Shown here piece after piece: positions 32,901-46,849 of a stretch of DNA of 64,000 bases. The notes under the pieces are model-generated. The model made no database searches and was not told the origin of the DNA. It saw nothing but the letters and a program-made list of their open reading frames with translations. Source of the stretch: Euglena gracilis (taxonomy: Eukaryota); NCBI GenBank assembly GCA_039621445.1, contig CP154954.1:6707425-6771424 (forward strand). Direction: 5' to 3'. A program made the translations under genes and the position numbers. The stretch's first letter is position 1. Each line of letters begins with the position of its first letter.

Positions 32901-35900
32901 GTTCACACACATTCTTTGGTCATTTGCGTGCCTTTGACTTGATGGGGGTCGTCGGTTCCGCTGGAGCGCACAGGAAGGGTGTCAGCGTTTGTGTGCCTCT
33001 GTTCTGAACATTGGGCGCGTGACAGTGTGTGGGACAGATTGGGGAGGGGAGATGTTTTTCACACGGACAGCCAATAAATGCTGCATTTTTGTGTTGAGTT
33101 TGTGCGTCACAGCAAGGCTTAAAGTCCTCCTCGCTTTGTTGCATTGCTGTATTTCTCTTAAAATACATTTAATTATTTTAATTATTTTCTGTTTGTGTCA
33201 GCCAATTTTTTCTTTTTAGTTGACATAATAAAGTCTAATCTTTTGTGGAATGGCGAGCATATTTTCCAAATTTGATTATTTTGAATGTATTTGGTGCTTT
33301 GCGACTGAAGATGCCGAGAATATTTGTATACATTAATGGGGCAACGTGAAGGGAAGAGGGGGGAGAGGGAGAGATTCGCCGACCCCTTCCTTGTGTATGG
33401 TTTATTGTGCCCACGGCTTCTCCCGTCTCCTCAGCTGCGAGACGAGCAGAGGCTCTCGGTGATGAGTGAGCAGGGTTGGCGTCACCCCACCCAAGCACCA
33501 GAAAAGGTGTTATTGGGGAGCTGAGGTTCCGGCACACAGGGCACGGGTTTTTAAGTTTGTTCATTGGGCTGGTAAACTTTGCTTTGATGTTTCTTCATTG
33601 TCACGATATTTTGGGGAAATCGATTTTTGGAACAAAAATTGGTCCCAAAAAACAACAACAAAAAATGCTTGCTTGCGTTAATGCATCTTCCCCCAAAGAT
33701 ATGACAACAAGCCACTCATCATAGTGGAAAGCAAGCCCGACTTCTTGTTGTGTGTGGAGGAAACGGGATGTCCAGAGAGCAAAATGAATTCCTTGGAATG
33801 CCCTATCCAACCATGGTTTACTTTTCCACCAACTCTTCGTGTAGCCCGAGTCACGGCCATTTTTCGACCAATTTTGGCTCATTTCTACAGTGATTTCGTG
33901 ATGTGGCTTTGTTCTGGCAGGACATGAAAGCTGCTCATCATCCCCCCCCCCCCCAACCTGGAATGCTGCCCCTGCCATCGGTTCTGCCCCGTCTGCATCC
34001 CTGCGGAGTGCAAACCACCTCCACAGCAGCAGACAAATGTTCTGTAAACGGAGTGAAGAGTTGACCCCCTCTGCTGCTGTTCAGCACCAATTCACCCTCA
34101 CCTTGCGTCCGAAGTGGCAGGCTTCCAGGTTTTGCTCCCCCCAAGTGGGCTGTTGGTTTGAGGTGGGGGTGACACTTTCGGTCCCGGGGGGGGGGGGGGG
34201 CTGGGGGGCACACCAGCACTGGGGCATCGAGGGCCCATAACGGCACTTTGACGGGTGTTGGCCCGGGCCCAGGACCCATAACAGAATGCACCCGTCCATT
34301 CCTCTCCAGGGGAGAAAATGGAGGTGGGTGGTGTAAAAACATATCAAACCGTTGCCCCTCCCAGGGAATTGTCATCTGGGAACTCCATGTTGCCTCCCAA
34401 GAAACTGTCAAGGTCTCGGTATTGGAAGCTTGTCCAGGTACCCCCCCCCCCCCCAACGTCTAATGAACCCCCTTGCCCAATGAACAGGGGTGTCCGGTCC
34501 GGAGCATCTAGAGTGCAACCCGTCCCCATTGAACGTCCCCCGTCCGGACCATCTAGGCCATTTTAGTGTTCAGCAGGCTTGGGGGGGGAGGTACCTTGCA
34601 CTGATGGACCTGTCAGAGCTGGCGTCCATGTGATCCACCCGTAATTGCCCTGCCCAGAAATCAAGGCCCTGTCATCAAATCAAACCAGGGCCCTGCCTGG
34701 GAAACTAGCATCCCTGAGATCTTGGCAGGCTCCCGCCCAGAAGCCAGTTCCTGCCAGTTTGTGAGAAAGTATCACCGTCTGCGGTGCTGGTCGACCTGTC
34801 AGTACCAGGGATTGGCAGTTTGTCGTTGTGGAAATGATGCATTTATCCAAGGGTAACTTATTTTGGTTTGGTTTGTTTTGTTTTACATATTTATTTTTTT
34901 GTTTTATTTTATTTTATTTTATTTTATTTTATGTGTTATCATTATGATTTATAAAAAATAATATTATTAATAGTATTAGTAAGTTTGGCACCAGCGCTGG
35001 GCGGTGCCCCCGGGAGGTGCCCTACCAGGTTGGCGACCACGTGGAGGTTGCCGGCCCGGCTGGCCCCGTGGTGGGGGACATTGTGGCGCTGCAGACCAAG
35101 CAGGGGCCCAAGAAGGCGGTGTACAAGGTGCCTCCCTGCACCCTCTCCCTGGGTGTCCGTCTGTGGTCAGCTGTCAATTTGGGCTGTCCAAGCTGTTAGG
35201 CTCCCTACCCCACCATTCCCGCAGTCCTGTCAGTTGTCAGCTGCGTCAAGACTCGGCTTCATGTTTCCCCCTGCCATGGTAACCCCTTCGTAGTTGACAC
35301 TTGTCTCAGAACCAGGTGGGATAACCATGTTTATTCAAACAAGAAAATTACCACCCAAATGCACATTTTTTTAAATAATTTTGGGATCTTGTTCTCCCCC
35401 ACAAAAAAAGCAGGCCAGTTTGGCAAAACTGAATCGTACAAAAAATTTAAGACAGATGAAATAAGCTTCAAAAAATGAATCTTTTCCACCTTCCTTGCTC
35501 TCCGTCTCAATGGTGAGGGGACATATTATATCATTCATACTGCCTCCCCAGCCAGCGCTGACAGGAGCACAGGTGCACAGGTGCCCAAAGATGAGAACAA
35601 AGACTGTGCACCCCAGTTTGGACCTCTTGCCCCTATGCCTGGACAGGATTTGGATTGACTCATAGGAAGACACAAAAATGTCGGGGATGCCTCCCGCATG
35701 ACTGGTCGCTGATTTGCATGCAGCGCTGTGGCACACTGCTGGAGGCACTGCTGTGTTGGACAGGGCCTTGGTAGTGCACACACAGCGTGGGATTCTGGGA
35801 TGAGGTTGAATGCCCCCCCCCACACATATCGAGGGGGAATGAAGACGTTTGACACGAGTGTGTGTTTGTTCCCAAACTTCCAATGCAAACGTGTGCAGCT

Positions 35901-38900
35901 GGGATTTAAGGGTGTTTTTTTTTTTAGTGCGGATGCTCAGTGTTACCCCCTGGATATGCCATTTGATGGGGTTGTGGCGGATTGTTGGGAGCACAGGCAC
36001 GGGATTCTGAAGTTTTGGAAGTTGTTGTTGTGAAGAAGGTGGACTCATGGCGTTCACTGGGGCCATTTCTCCCAGTTTGGCTCTTACCGCTCCCTCCCTC
36101 TCTCCCGTCACAGGTGTGGTACCCGCAGTGGGGCCTCACCGGCCACCACGAGGCCCGCCAGATCGTGGGCATTTCCCGCCCACGGCACTGCCTGCTGAAT
36201 GGCAACCGACGGGGGGGGGAGTGACGGAGTGGTTTCTTTTTAAGGTTTGATTGCAAGGGGTCCCCCAGGGGTGCCTCCCCCGCCCGGAGGCAGGCTTTCC
36301 TGCTTTTGGGTGGAGCGTCATGGTCCCACGGGTGGGGGGGGATGGGTGACCACCCCCATGGGTTAAACCCTGAAAAACCTCTGACAAGACAACCAGAACA
36401 CTGCAGGCTGCAGAGTTTATTTGACTCTCTTCCAGACGTTCACTTGCATCGTTGGTGTTTCTGACCATCCCTTTCCAAGAGTCTGCAGACAACAAGGATG
36501 GTTGCCAATTCCAACCCGCTCTGGGCGGATCGTCTTTGGGCCTTTTTTCAAAGACCTCAAAATTTTTTTTAAGAAAACCTTCGAAACGCCTTCCTTTCAA
36601 AAGCCTTAACCTTTTTTCTCCTTCAACTTCAAGACCCTTAATTTTAAAATCGCCTTAAAAATAATCCCTCCCCAAGGCCATCGAGCGAGGTTGAAAATAA
36701 AAAAGGCCGGAAAGTCATCTGAGTTTGGGTGCCAGGCGATGTTTTAAGGATGCCAGAAATGAGTTTTTGTTTTCGGTTGTTTTTTTGCCGAGGTTTTCGT
36801 TTTTGCCCGATTGAAGAAAATTTCTCCCAGGATGCTTTTGTGTGGTTTGTTAAAGGTGTTTTGAGGTATTTTGTGACATTTTGCTCAGAAGGGTTTTCGA
36901 TTTTTAAAGGGGTTTAAAGTCATCCTTAAAATATGCCTGATTGGGAGGGACGAGGTTGGGGGCTCACCAAAGGGGTTTGGGCCACCCCGAAGAAGGGGAA
37001 TTGCCGTGCCACCAGGACCCTGCGTACCCCCAGGTCCCGGGCTACGCCCCGCGCGGCGCTTTGCTGGCACCCCGGCCACTTGTGCACACAAAAGCTGGGC
37101 CAGCATTAGCTTTGTGTTGGCCTGGGTTGTGCTCCATGGGTTGATGGGGTTGGCCGTTTCCTGGGTAGTGCCCAAACGTCTGGGTTGTGCTTCATCACAG
37201 GTTTGCCCCGAAACCCTCCCCCCGGCGTTGGTCAATTTCAGCCTGGTCTACAGCAAGGCGTTCCATGACCTTCGGCCCCAGGAATCCCAAAGAATCCGAG
37301 AGACTGCATTTCTTTTCGTTTTTTTTTTTTTTCTAAACTCTTTTCCGACGTCCGCAGGAGGTTTTTTTTTTGGAGGGAAGCTTTTCCCTTCAGCAGGTGT
37401 GGGGGGGGGGGGACAGTGCGCCGCCAGCAGAGCCGCCGCCGCCGGCCAACCAGCACGCCCCTCCGCGCCGCATCGCTGTCCTGCCCCGGCCCAGACCCGA
37501 AGTGAGCCACGCCAGCAGCAGGTGTCAGTGCTGCCCCCCTTTCCATGGTTGGCATGGTTGGGGGGTGGGTCGAGGGGCAATGCCTGGGCACGCGGGGCCG
37601 CATTTTTTTTGGAGGCAGCCGACCGCATTGTGCCCCACGTGCCCCACCTCTCATTCTGAGCCATCCTCAAAACCGACGAACATGCAATCACAATTGTCTA
37701 AATTTTGTTGGACACAAGGGCGGTGGAAGACGAACGGACAACACTGTCCTTCACGTGGCATGGTGACGTTGGTGTGTCCCTTCTGTGCAACAAGAAATGG
37801 ATTTTGGCACGCCTGGGGGATTTACAACAGCGGACCCTCATCTTTTGTCTGGTGGCCACCAAAATAAGCACACGCTCGTCCTTGAAGTGGGGGGGGGGGA
37901 GTGGGAGCGTCGCTGAGCAGCGCAATGATAGGTCAAATATTCCTTGCCCTGGTTTCCGCCGAAAATTTTGGGCATTTTTGTCAATTTTGCCTGAAAAAAG
38001 CTCGAATGGTCTCTTGTCCGACTATGTTTTGAAAATGGACCAGGGGGTGCATCCGTTCATCCTGCCAGCAGCGTTTATATCGAACCCTGCCCTGAACCCC
38101 CCCTCCGCCCCCAAGCAGTAGTGTCTGATTTCTTCCCATTGCATGGTCAGCCCCCAATCATCAAAAATTTTCTTCATTTTAGTTTTCGACCCTGTTCGAG
38201 CCCACAGAAGCCTTTGGCCTTCCATTTGGCCCAAAGGAGGGCCTTTTCTTGTCCTTCAAGGACCGACGTGCCCAGGGCAAGCAGCGCAACAACCACCTGC
38301 CCAGTAGTGGTTTATTCGATGTTTTGTACATTTCTCTCGATTCCCTTGCCGCAGGGTTTGCATTTGGAGGATGTTGGGGTTAACCCCCCCAAAATAAGAC
38401 CCCCCCAAAATAAAACCCCCCTGGGCCGATTGAGCAAAAATCCAAAAATAAGACCCCCCCAAAAAATAAGGCTCCCCTGATGGCGCGAAGCGCTGGGGAC
38501 GGTGAAAATTTTCCCTGAGAAATTGCCAAAAACCCAAATTTCACACACAAGAATGATGAAATTTCAAAAATGTTCAGATTCTTGAAGTGATGCTAAATGT
38601 CAACTTACACAAATTTACACATAGTGCGAAGCGCCGAAGGAAAATTTAGTGTTTTTAGGAACCTGAAAATGATGTTTTTTTTTCGGGCCCGGGTCGGTCA
38701 AGAAAAAATCCAAAAATAAGACCCCCCCAAAAATAAGATAGAACCCGGGTCTTATTTCTTGGGGGGGTTTAGGATGGGAACAGTGCCCCACTGTCTGGTC
38801 TGCCTTGGGCTGTGTCACATTAAGTACAAAGGAGGGCGTTTCGGGTGGGCGTTCCCCCCTGAACCCCCCACCTGGCCCTCCGGCCAGCCCTGTGCCGCCC

Positions 38901-41900
38901 GTCTCTTGCAGCTCTCGCCAAAGCTCCCCACCGCTGACTCAGGAGGTGTCTCCCACGTTCCCCTCTGCTGCATCCAGATTTTTCGCCTACAAATTTTTGC
39001 ATTGGGCACCTTCAGTATCAGCTTATACCTCCTTTGCACCTGTATAAGAAGGGGTGGGCGGGCGGGGTGGGGTGGGGGGCTTCTTTGAACGGCCTCCAGA
39101 GGAGGCGGGCAAATTTTATTCAGCCGCCGTTTTCAGGGGGGGGTTCTGCCGAAACCCTGGACCAGACCAATTGTCCGAAAAAAAATTAAATGGGGTGCGA
39201 GTTTTTGCTGCCATTTGTAAAGGTGCTCATGGTGCTGCCCTGGTTTCCTGCTTGATGATGCATGTTCTCAATTCTAGGGAACCGAAATCCCAGCTAAAGC
39301 TAAAGTTTATGTGAGTGATGGACGGAGTTCATTCTCACGCATTTTTTTTTCTCGTATGTGGCATTTTTTTTCCAGTTTCAAAGTGGCAAGAAGTCAGACG
39401 AGGAAAGGCAGAAACCTTGTCCACAACCATATGCTTGATATCACCAGGTGGGTTAATGCGTTTCGCATTTTACCATTTTGTGGTTTTTTGCAGAATGTTT
39501 TTTTTCTTTCAATTTTGTCAATTTTTTAAAAAAAATCCTTTTCTTGCGTATTTGTTTGATTTTTGCCAGCAATGTATTCTTTTAAGCAACGTTTTCTTTA
39601 ATTTTTCATATTTCTTTGCATTTTTTTGTAAATCCCCCACATCTGCCCGTTTTTGTATTTTTTTTTGCATTTTGAAAATGTCATCTTCCTCATGTTTCCA
39701 TGTGATTCCTTAAATTTAATTTGGAATTTTGGGTAATTTTTACATTTTGGTGGATTTTCCAGTTTTTCTCTCAGATTTTGCAACAGTGTGTTTTTTTGCA
39801 AATTTTCCAAACCGGTTGCCCGAGCTTCTTTGCACTCATCAGGACGAAGCCAAACCTCCCGTCCCGTCCAAAAGAAGCCACCGAGCTTCATCCAGGGCTG
39901 CATCTGGAGCCCAAAATCGCTGACAATAAGGTCCGGTGCGCCGTCCACCCTACCCCCCTCCACTCCCTCTCCCTTCTGGGGCACCTGCTTCCAAACTCCA
40001 TTGACTTTCAAGCTGCTATTCCAAGCTGTCTCCGATGGCGCTCCACGTTGGCTGGGGAGGTGATGCGGCCAGGTTGTTTTGTTGTGTTGGGTAAGCCATT
40101 TTAAGATGTTTGAACCCTTTCGCGATGTATTTTTTCTGGCACATTAATTTTTTTCATTGGAATTTTCATTATTCATTTTTTTGTTGTTTATTTTTTAAAA
40201 AATATTTTGCTTGTGCTTGTATAATCTTTGGAGCAAAAATGTGAATGAATGTTCGACATGTCCTAACAAATGTTGCATGATGGAAGTTTCTCCCAAGGAG
40301 ATGGGATAATTTTTCGGTCTTTTCCTGCAGAAATGTGCACAGCCCAGCTTGGTCGGTTTAAACGTTTTTTTTTTTCCTTTCACCCAAGCGCATTCTAGGC
40401 CAGGCGGCGCGGTCCGTGGCCTCGGAAACACAGCCCTGGCCGCGGAACCGTCGTCTTCCAATCCTTCCCGCGCCGCAAAGAAGCAAAAGAAGGCAAAGGT
40501 ACGCGCCGTGTTTGATGTGCCGAGTTGGAATCGGGTGGGGAAACCCAAGGGTGTCCCCCGCTTCTCAACCATGTCAAGCTGCATGAGAAGATAGGAGGCC
40601 CATGTGGCATTTAAGAATTCCGCACACCTGCGCACGAACTTATGACATGTCCGTCTGCTTCATTTTGCCGTGTTTGAAACTCCTGCTGGCGGTGACCCCC
40701 AGGCTTGCCCAAGCATGGCTGTGTGAAGGGTTGAACCTGGAGAATTGCCAGAGGGGGAGCTGCGGGCCCCCCAAAAACCTGCTGACTGTGGCGCCACAAA
40801 GCACTGCAACCCACATCATCTGTTGGTCCTTACACCCTCGCCCATCACTCGGCAAGCAAAATTGAGGGCTTGTCCATCAGTTTCTAAACCCAACGCCCTC
40901 CACTTGCCTCAGGCCCCAGCGTTTTGCATTGACTTTCAACATCGGGGTTTGGACCCCATCCACACGTTTTGAGATGTGTGATCTTTTCCTCAGAGATCCA
41001 ATCGTGCGCATATGCGCGCGATCCGGTCATCAAAGACCCCTCGGTGATGTGCTTGGAGACAACGGCTGCCGTCCGGCAGCGTGTTTGTTGGGAGGGGTTT
41101 CAAACAGGGGCCGAGAAGCCGAAGAGGTGGGAGTACCTGATGCGTCCACCGGCGCACGACACTTGCGTGAAGCATCGCCTCTCTGCCTGGGTTTTCAACC
41201 CGGGCCATGGCGTCTCTTTTCCAGGCCCCAATCGCGGCAAGTGCGCATGCAGTGTGTACCTCTGCGGGCGCGAGCTCGCGCGGTTCGGTGCTGAGTGTAT
41301 TCCCTCTGGCTCGAGGTCTCCCGCACGGGTAGCCGATCATCCGCTGTGTTAAGTGCTGTCTTTTGGCGGCCAGCTCGTGGCCAGGCACCGATGGCCGACC
41401 AGGGCCGACCATGATTTTCAGGACCCCCCCCCCCCCATAGAACCCCCTTTGTGGGGGTTCTGACCAGGGACAACCGGGGCTGACCTGGGACGACCAGGGC
41501 CGACCAGGGATGCCTTTTCATTTTTTGTTTTGTCAGCTGGTTGTGCCCATGGGAAATGCGGGATAAGGTCTTCTCTGGCCTGCAGCTTTCTGGCCGCTTT
41601 GGCGACGCTTCCAGTGGTGGGGTCGGCTCACACACCGGTGCACTCAATCGTGCCGTGCGATGTGCACATGTTGTTCCAGGCACCGCAAGGTCACTGTCTG
41701 CGGAGATTCAGAGGGGTTTCTTACTCACAAGTTTTGAGTGCCATATTTGCCATGTAACACTTTTTCCCTTTATTGCCCTTGCCCTGAGAATGAATGCCAG
41801 GCCAGGGGCAGGTATTACTCTTTTAGGTTGATCCCCCCTCCGAACAGCATGAGAAGGGTGCTGAGTCAGCAGTGGTTCTGTTTAGGGGAGGGGATGTTGG

Positions 41901-43017
41901 GACCCCCGGCACCCCATGTTGATTTCCCCAAACAGCTGGTCCCCTTGGCCCCACCCCACAGAGGTTGGGTTGGTGGGTGCTGACCGCACCCCCCCCCCCC
42001 CTGGGCCCAACAAAACCTCCACCCGTGGGGCAATCGGAATCACTTTGCTTTTTCAGGATTGGATTTGGTCAAATCTCTGGCTGCGCCGCAGGTGGAGGCC
42101 GCCAGCGATGGCGGCAGCGAGGACGAGCAGACCCCGTTCGTGGTGGACGAGGTGCTGGCGCAGGCGTACGCCAAAAAGAAGTGGTGCCCGGGGCAACGGC
42201 CGTTCTGCCCCTCCGCCGGCGTTGTCATGCAGTGGGAAGACCCCATGCCCCAACCCAACTGCTTTGGGACTGAATTACCCCAGGGTGACTTTTGAAGGAC
42301 AGAGCAGTTGCCGTTTTTTTTTGAAATGTTGGGAGTCCCCCCTTCAGGACCACCCAGAGGGCAAAGAGCTCCTAGTCGTCCCTCTGGAGCTCTGTCAAGA
42401 CCGGAAATTTGGAGGTCGAAAACAGATTTTTTTTATTTATAGCGTTATTCATTTGATTTATTTCCTGTTCCCCCCCATTTTTTTGAAGGCCAAAGAGGGA
42501 AGTTGTTTGCACCAAATTCGGCCTTCTCTGGGGGAAGTTTTTCTTATGCACACACACACACAAACACCGGCCCACCCACCCACGCATGCGCATTTTAGTT
42601 CTAGCGCCTTTTGTGTTCTTTAAATGATGTATTCTAATCTTCCAAGTCCCCCACGCCCAGAGCCAATTTTGTGCGCTCTTTTTCTGTGCCATGTCCGCCC
42701 TCCTGCCGGGTGCGTCCTTGCCAATCAATGCCCTCCGCTGATGCGTTGTCGCTGCCCCGCTGCCGGGTGCTGCTGCGGTGGAAGGGCCTGCCCCGGTGGA
42801 AGGCCACCTGGCACGACCGGGACGAGAACCCGCGCCTGAATCTCAGGGACGTCCCGGGTATGCTGTGGGGACCCCCCCCCCCCGTGCAGCGTTGTCCGAT
42901 CCAAGCGGTCATCAGAGGCTGTGGCACTTGGAAATTTCGGTCTCGGTCTGCCCGATGCTCCATAGCACTGATTCACTGGTGAGGTTTGCGGTGGTTACCT
43001 GGCGGGGTTACGGGTGA
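29943..43017 (+). CDS. Multi-exon chromatin-reader-like protein: ADD (ATRX/DNMT3/DNMT3L) zinc finger, Tudor/Agenet-like barrel and C-terminal chromodomain; 5' end may extend to ~25 kb
   Basis: Exons ~29943-29995, ~30900-30950, ~31181-31278, 31851-31938, 33435-33467 and 33980-~34030 give ERCVHGCG...HPLLAYDPWCALC...ERCVFCG...LLRCADRLKCGKRFCAGCLQGYFGGKAAARRAEALGDEWFCPVC (ADD Cys pattern). Exons ~34993-35127 and 36114-36177 give YQVGDHVEVAGPAGPVVGDIVALQTKQGPKKAVYKVWYPQWG (Tudor-like). Low-complexity exons lie at 37014-40498. Exons 42092-42185 and 42765-~42840 give FVVDEVLAQAYAKKKWWVLLRWKGLPRWKATWHDRDEN (chromodomain). Several linker junctions and the exact stop are unresolved, so membership of all parts in one gene is inferred. 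Confidence 0.72.
30443..30863. repeat. (TATG)n tetranucleotide microsatellite
   Basis: Read directly. Confidence 0.95.
34439..34593. mobile_element. TA-flanked MITE; second copy at 58561-58694
   Basis: TAC(C)nAA ... TT(G)nAGGTA. Shares TGCCCAATGAACAGGGG and TTAGTGTTCA with 58561-58694. Confidence 0.7.
38381..38771. mobile_element. TA-flanked MITE
   Basis: TAACCCCCCCAAAATAAGAC ... GTCTTATTTCTTGGGGGGGTTTA, with internal AAAATAAGACCCCCC repeats. Confidence 0.7.
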
Positions 43018-46000
43018 AGTGCCTCAACGAACTACAAGGGCTCGTTCATTGTCATTTACGTTTCCGTATGGGCTTGCCAAATAGTATCTGGTCCTGTTCG
43101 GATGTCTGCTCCCTCCTCTGTGAGGGTCTCCATCTGTGTCAGTTTTTTTTCTTTTCATCAAGGGTGCCTTGAACCGCGCTTTGAGCAATACATGTTTGCA
43201 AATTCAAAACCCATTGAATGTGCAATAAGGAGAACCACATGCCAGCAAAATCGATGTGGTTTATTTGTATTACTCTGGATGTCTTAATGTCAATATTTGT
43301 ATTACACCAGCGTCTGAAATGTTTGCCCGTGTTTAGCAAAAATATTTGCCCCAACCTGTCAAAATTGTTGCCAAGAGCCCCCAAAATTTTGGTGATGAGC
43401 CTCAAAAAATATTTGCACGTGTACGGAAAAAATTTGCACTCTGTCATTTATTTTTGGTCAATGAAAAAACAGCTTTACACTGGACAATGTAAAAAGATCC
43501 ACGCCGATTGAAGTTTCAAAGGGCAACTGTGCAAACCACCGACCCAGGTGCAAAATTTTTTGGAACGGAGGCAAATATTTTTGGGATATTGTGCAAATAT
43601 TTTTGAGACACAGTGCAAAATAATTACGGTGTGAAGTAACCGGATCTTTCTGTGAATTTATTATTTGAGAACAGACCTGGAATGTATTATATATTTTATT
43701 TTTATTTTATGTATTATTATAAGTATATTTTTTTAAAAAAAGAATATTTAAATTGAAAATTTAAAAAAATCTGGTAAAAATTATTTTCTGGCATTGTTTT
43801 TGACCCTTCGCAGTATGGGACTTGACGGAGTGCCCGGAGTGCCAGCGGGGCAGTTTCCAAGGGCGGGATGGCCGCCTGCTTCAGTGCTTTCCATCCATCT
43901 GCTAACCCCTTCTCTGAGTCGCCTTTTTTTTTGGAAGCATCCCCATCCATTTGGATTTTTTTCCATTTCTCTTTTTCCCGGGCTGCATCATTTCCTGTGA
44001 CTTTTTTGAATGCAAAAGAATTGGTCATTTGTGGTGTTGTATCATCGATTTGCCTGAATTTTGGGGTGAGCCTCCAAATTGCAAAGCAGTTGGATGCCGC
44101 TGTTACTGCCATCAGCACTTCCACGAGTCGTGGCCCCTTCTGGAGAGCAGGAAATACCTGCCGATTTTTTACAGTCACATTTGATGTAATTCTGGACTTT
44201 CTTCTCCCTTCTGGAAAATGGTCGGATTGATCTCCCGTTGTGCATCTCTCTCGTTTTCCCTCAGCCGAGTGTTTTTGCGACGATAAAACCCTACGACAAA
44301 AAAGAGTTGAGGTACCATATCAAAAAATTGCCGAAAAGCTTTTTTGTAAGAGCATCCAGAAGCTATTTTCCAGTTCCCCACTTCTCACCAAGCGCTGATT
44401 CTTTTTTTTTGGCTCAAACGGGATGTCGTCTTTCGTCGTTTCAGAGAGGGTGCTGGCTGTCTGCTCGACGTGTTTGGGAGCATTGGTAAGGTTCAATTAC
44501 TTTCCAGCCTGGTGACCAACTGCTGTCCTCTTCCCTTAGTCTTAAAGAGTGCCCCTCCGCTTTTTAGCGACTCTTAGGCCCTGGCCAGAGTTTTATTTTT
44601 TAATTTGGCACCACAGGGGGGGCTGGGGTGGGTGGGTCTGCCAGACCCTTTCCCCTCCCCTGAGGGGTACCCCCAAAAAGTTGGTTCCCGGACTCCCTAG
44701 GGGGGTGGGAGTGCCCCCTGGGTTAGTGGGGTACGCCCTCCTCCCTCGGTTTTTTAAAACAATCCCTGGACCCAACCGACCGACACCCAACTTCAAGCAA
44801 CCTCCTCGGCCACCACCTGAAATCGAAATTTCAGCAACCCCCCTGGGGTTGAAACACACCGTGCAGTCTCAAGGCGCAATCACAGCAACGAAGCCGACGT
44901 CCGTGCACACTCACAACGACGTATTGCAAAAAAAATACATCCAAAGTTTAAACAACACCCAACTTGAAGGAACCCCTGGGCAGCTCCATTGAAAACAACT
45001 CAAGCAATGGGTTGCGGGGGGGGGGGAGGGGGTTACCCTTCGGGCATCGAACACCTGCCATCTACGACGGTTACGGTTCCGACCTCAGGCTCCCAAGCGA
45101 GACCGTTTCGGCCGAAGGGGCCGCCCGCCGGGCTGTGCCGCCCCCCACCACCCGCACCAGGGGTGACGCAGGTGGCCGGCCGCCCGGTTCCCCCGGTGTC
45201 AGGCGTTGCGTTCATCCCCCCGGCCCGCCACCGTCGATTGATCCGTTGATGTCAGGCAGAGGGGGCGGGACTTCCTCCCTGCACGACATCTGCCGAGCTG
45301 CTTTTTCCTGTTTCGGTCGAGGTTCTTGCTTCAAGGTCGGTGGGGGAGGGGGCGGGTCGGTGTGTCCAGCCCCGCCCCCCCATGGGAAATGGGGTCGGGC
45401 CGAGTGGGTTCCCTCAGAGGGGGGTTTTATCTCCACTCTCGGTGCGAAGCGTTAAATTGGATGCCAAGATTCACCTCCCAAAAGGTGGTCCCCTGGAACC
45501 CCCCAGGGGTGGGTAGTGGGTTCGTACCCCCTCCTCTGGTTCTGGAAAAAAAGTTTCTCAGTTGATGAAATTTGCATTAGAACAGAGAATGTATCACATG
45601 CTGTTTTCAAGAAATAGCATGTTTGCTTTCACTTTTGTAAATTTTTCGTGTGTGTCAGGGGAGGCGTTCGTTTCAGAATTTGGTGCGTAAATCCACCTGC
45701 AAGTCATTCCCTACTGCCCGGGTGGAAATATGCTCTGAAATACGTGGGGCACGTGTTGTTTTTGAAGTCAAATTTGAAGCGTTGAAGCCAAAAGGTTCTA
45801 CCACCGTGCATTATTCTGCGAAGCCACGTTTGCAAAATGGCATGCCCCCAACCACTTCCTCAAAATTCCCCGAATGATTGCAGACTGTGGGCGTATTTTT
45901 TCCTGTGTGTGTTTTTTCGGTTACGACTGATTGCCGGGGTGGGGGGTGGGGCAAGGGCTGTGGCTTGGGCCCCGGGGGGCACGGCCACCTACAGCCGCCG

Positions 46001-46849
46001 GTACTGCGTCCTGGACGAGCCCCGCCAGCCCCGCTCTGCCCCGCCGTCCCGTCAGCCGCTGGGGGCAGGCCTCTCCCATCGGTGTTGCGTCCGCCCGGGC
46101 CACCAGGATGCGCAAAACAACGTGTTTTTCTGCTTTTTTTTTGGGTTACACCCCGGCGCCATGTATGCGTTAATTTTAAAATTAATCAGGTTTCCTTTTT
46201 TTTTCCAACTTGCTAAGAACCCCCTTGGGGGGGGCAGGGTGTGGGTGGGCAGGTCCGGGCCGGAGGCTTGGTATGAGTTTGGTTGCAAAGCTCTGGAAAA
46301 CTTTTGAGAAATGCCCTTATGCGGCCCCGTCGGGGCTGTCTAAGGGTATTTTTGTCATCCCCCCTCCACAGAATGTTATTTTCCTTCAAGCCCGCTTTGG
46401 GTGACCTTTGGAAAGGTTTTTTCTTTTTATTGTTTTTGAAGGCATTTAAGGGGTTTTAAAAATTTTAAGGGTTTTAAGGCTTCTTTAAACAATGATGCCT
46501 GATCCCAGGGCCCACGCACTTGCATACTTGTGTGCGTTTGTTTTTACCTTGGGTGTTGTGGCCACTTTTGTGGGTTGCCCCTTGACCGCCTTCCAAGCGC
46601 CAGAAGTGACGACCCCGTCCACAGCCCAGTCGTTTCCCCCTGCACGCCCCTTTCTCCCATGCCTGCAAGCCAGTGGACCACCGTTCAGAACGTTGCCACC
46701 TCCCCTGGCAGCTGTCCCCCCACCCCCCCGGCACCACGCGGACATTCACGCTGTGCCATTGCATTGTCACTCATGTTAAGTGAATGGCTGGCTCTGCGGC
46801 GGCCCTCCTGCTCCAAGGGTCCCCTCGGGGCCAAGCCAAGCAAATGAAA

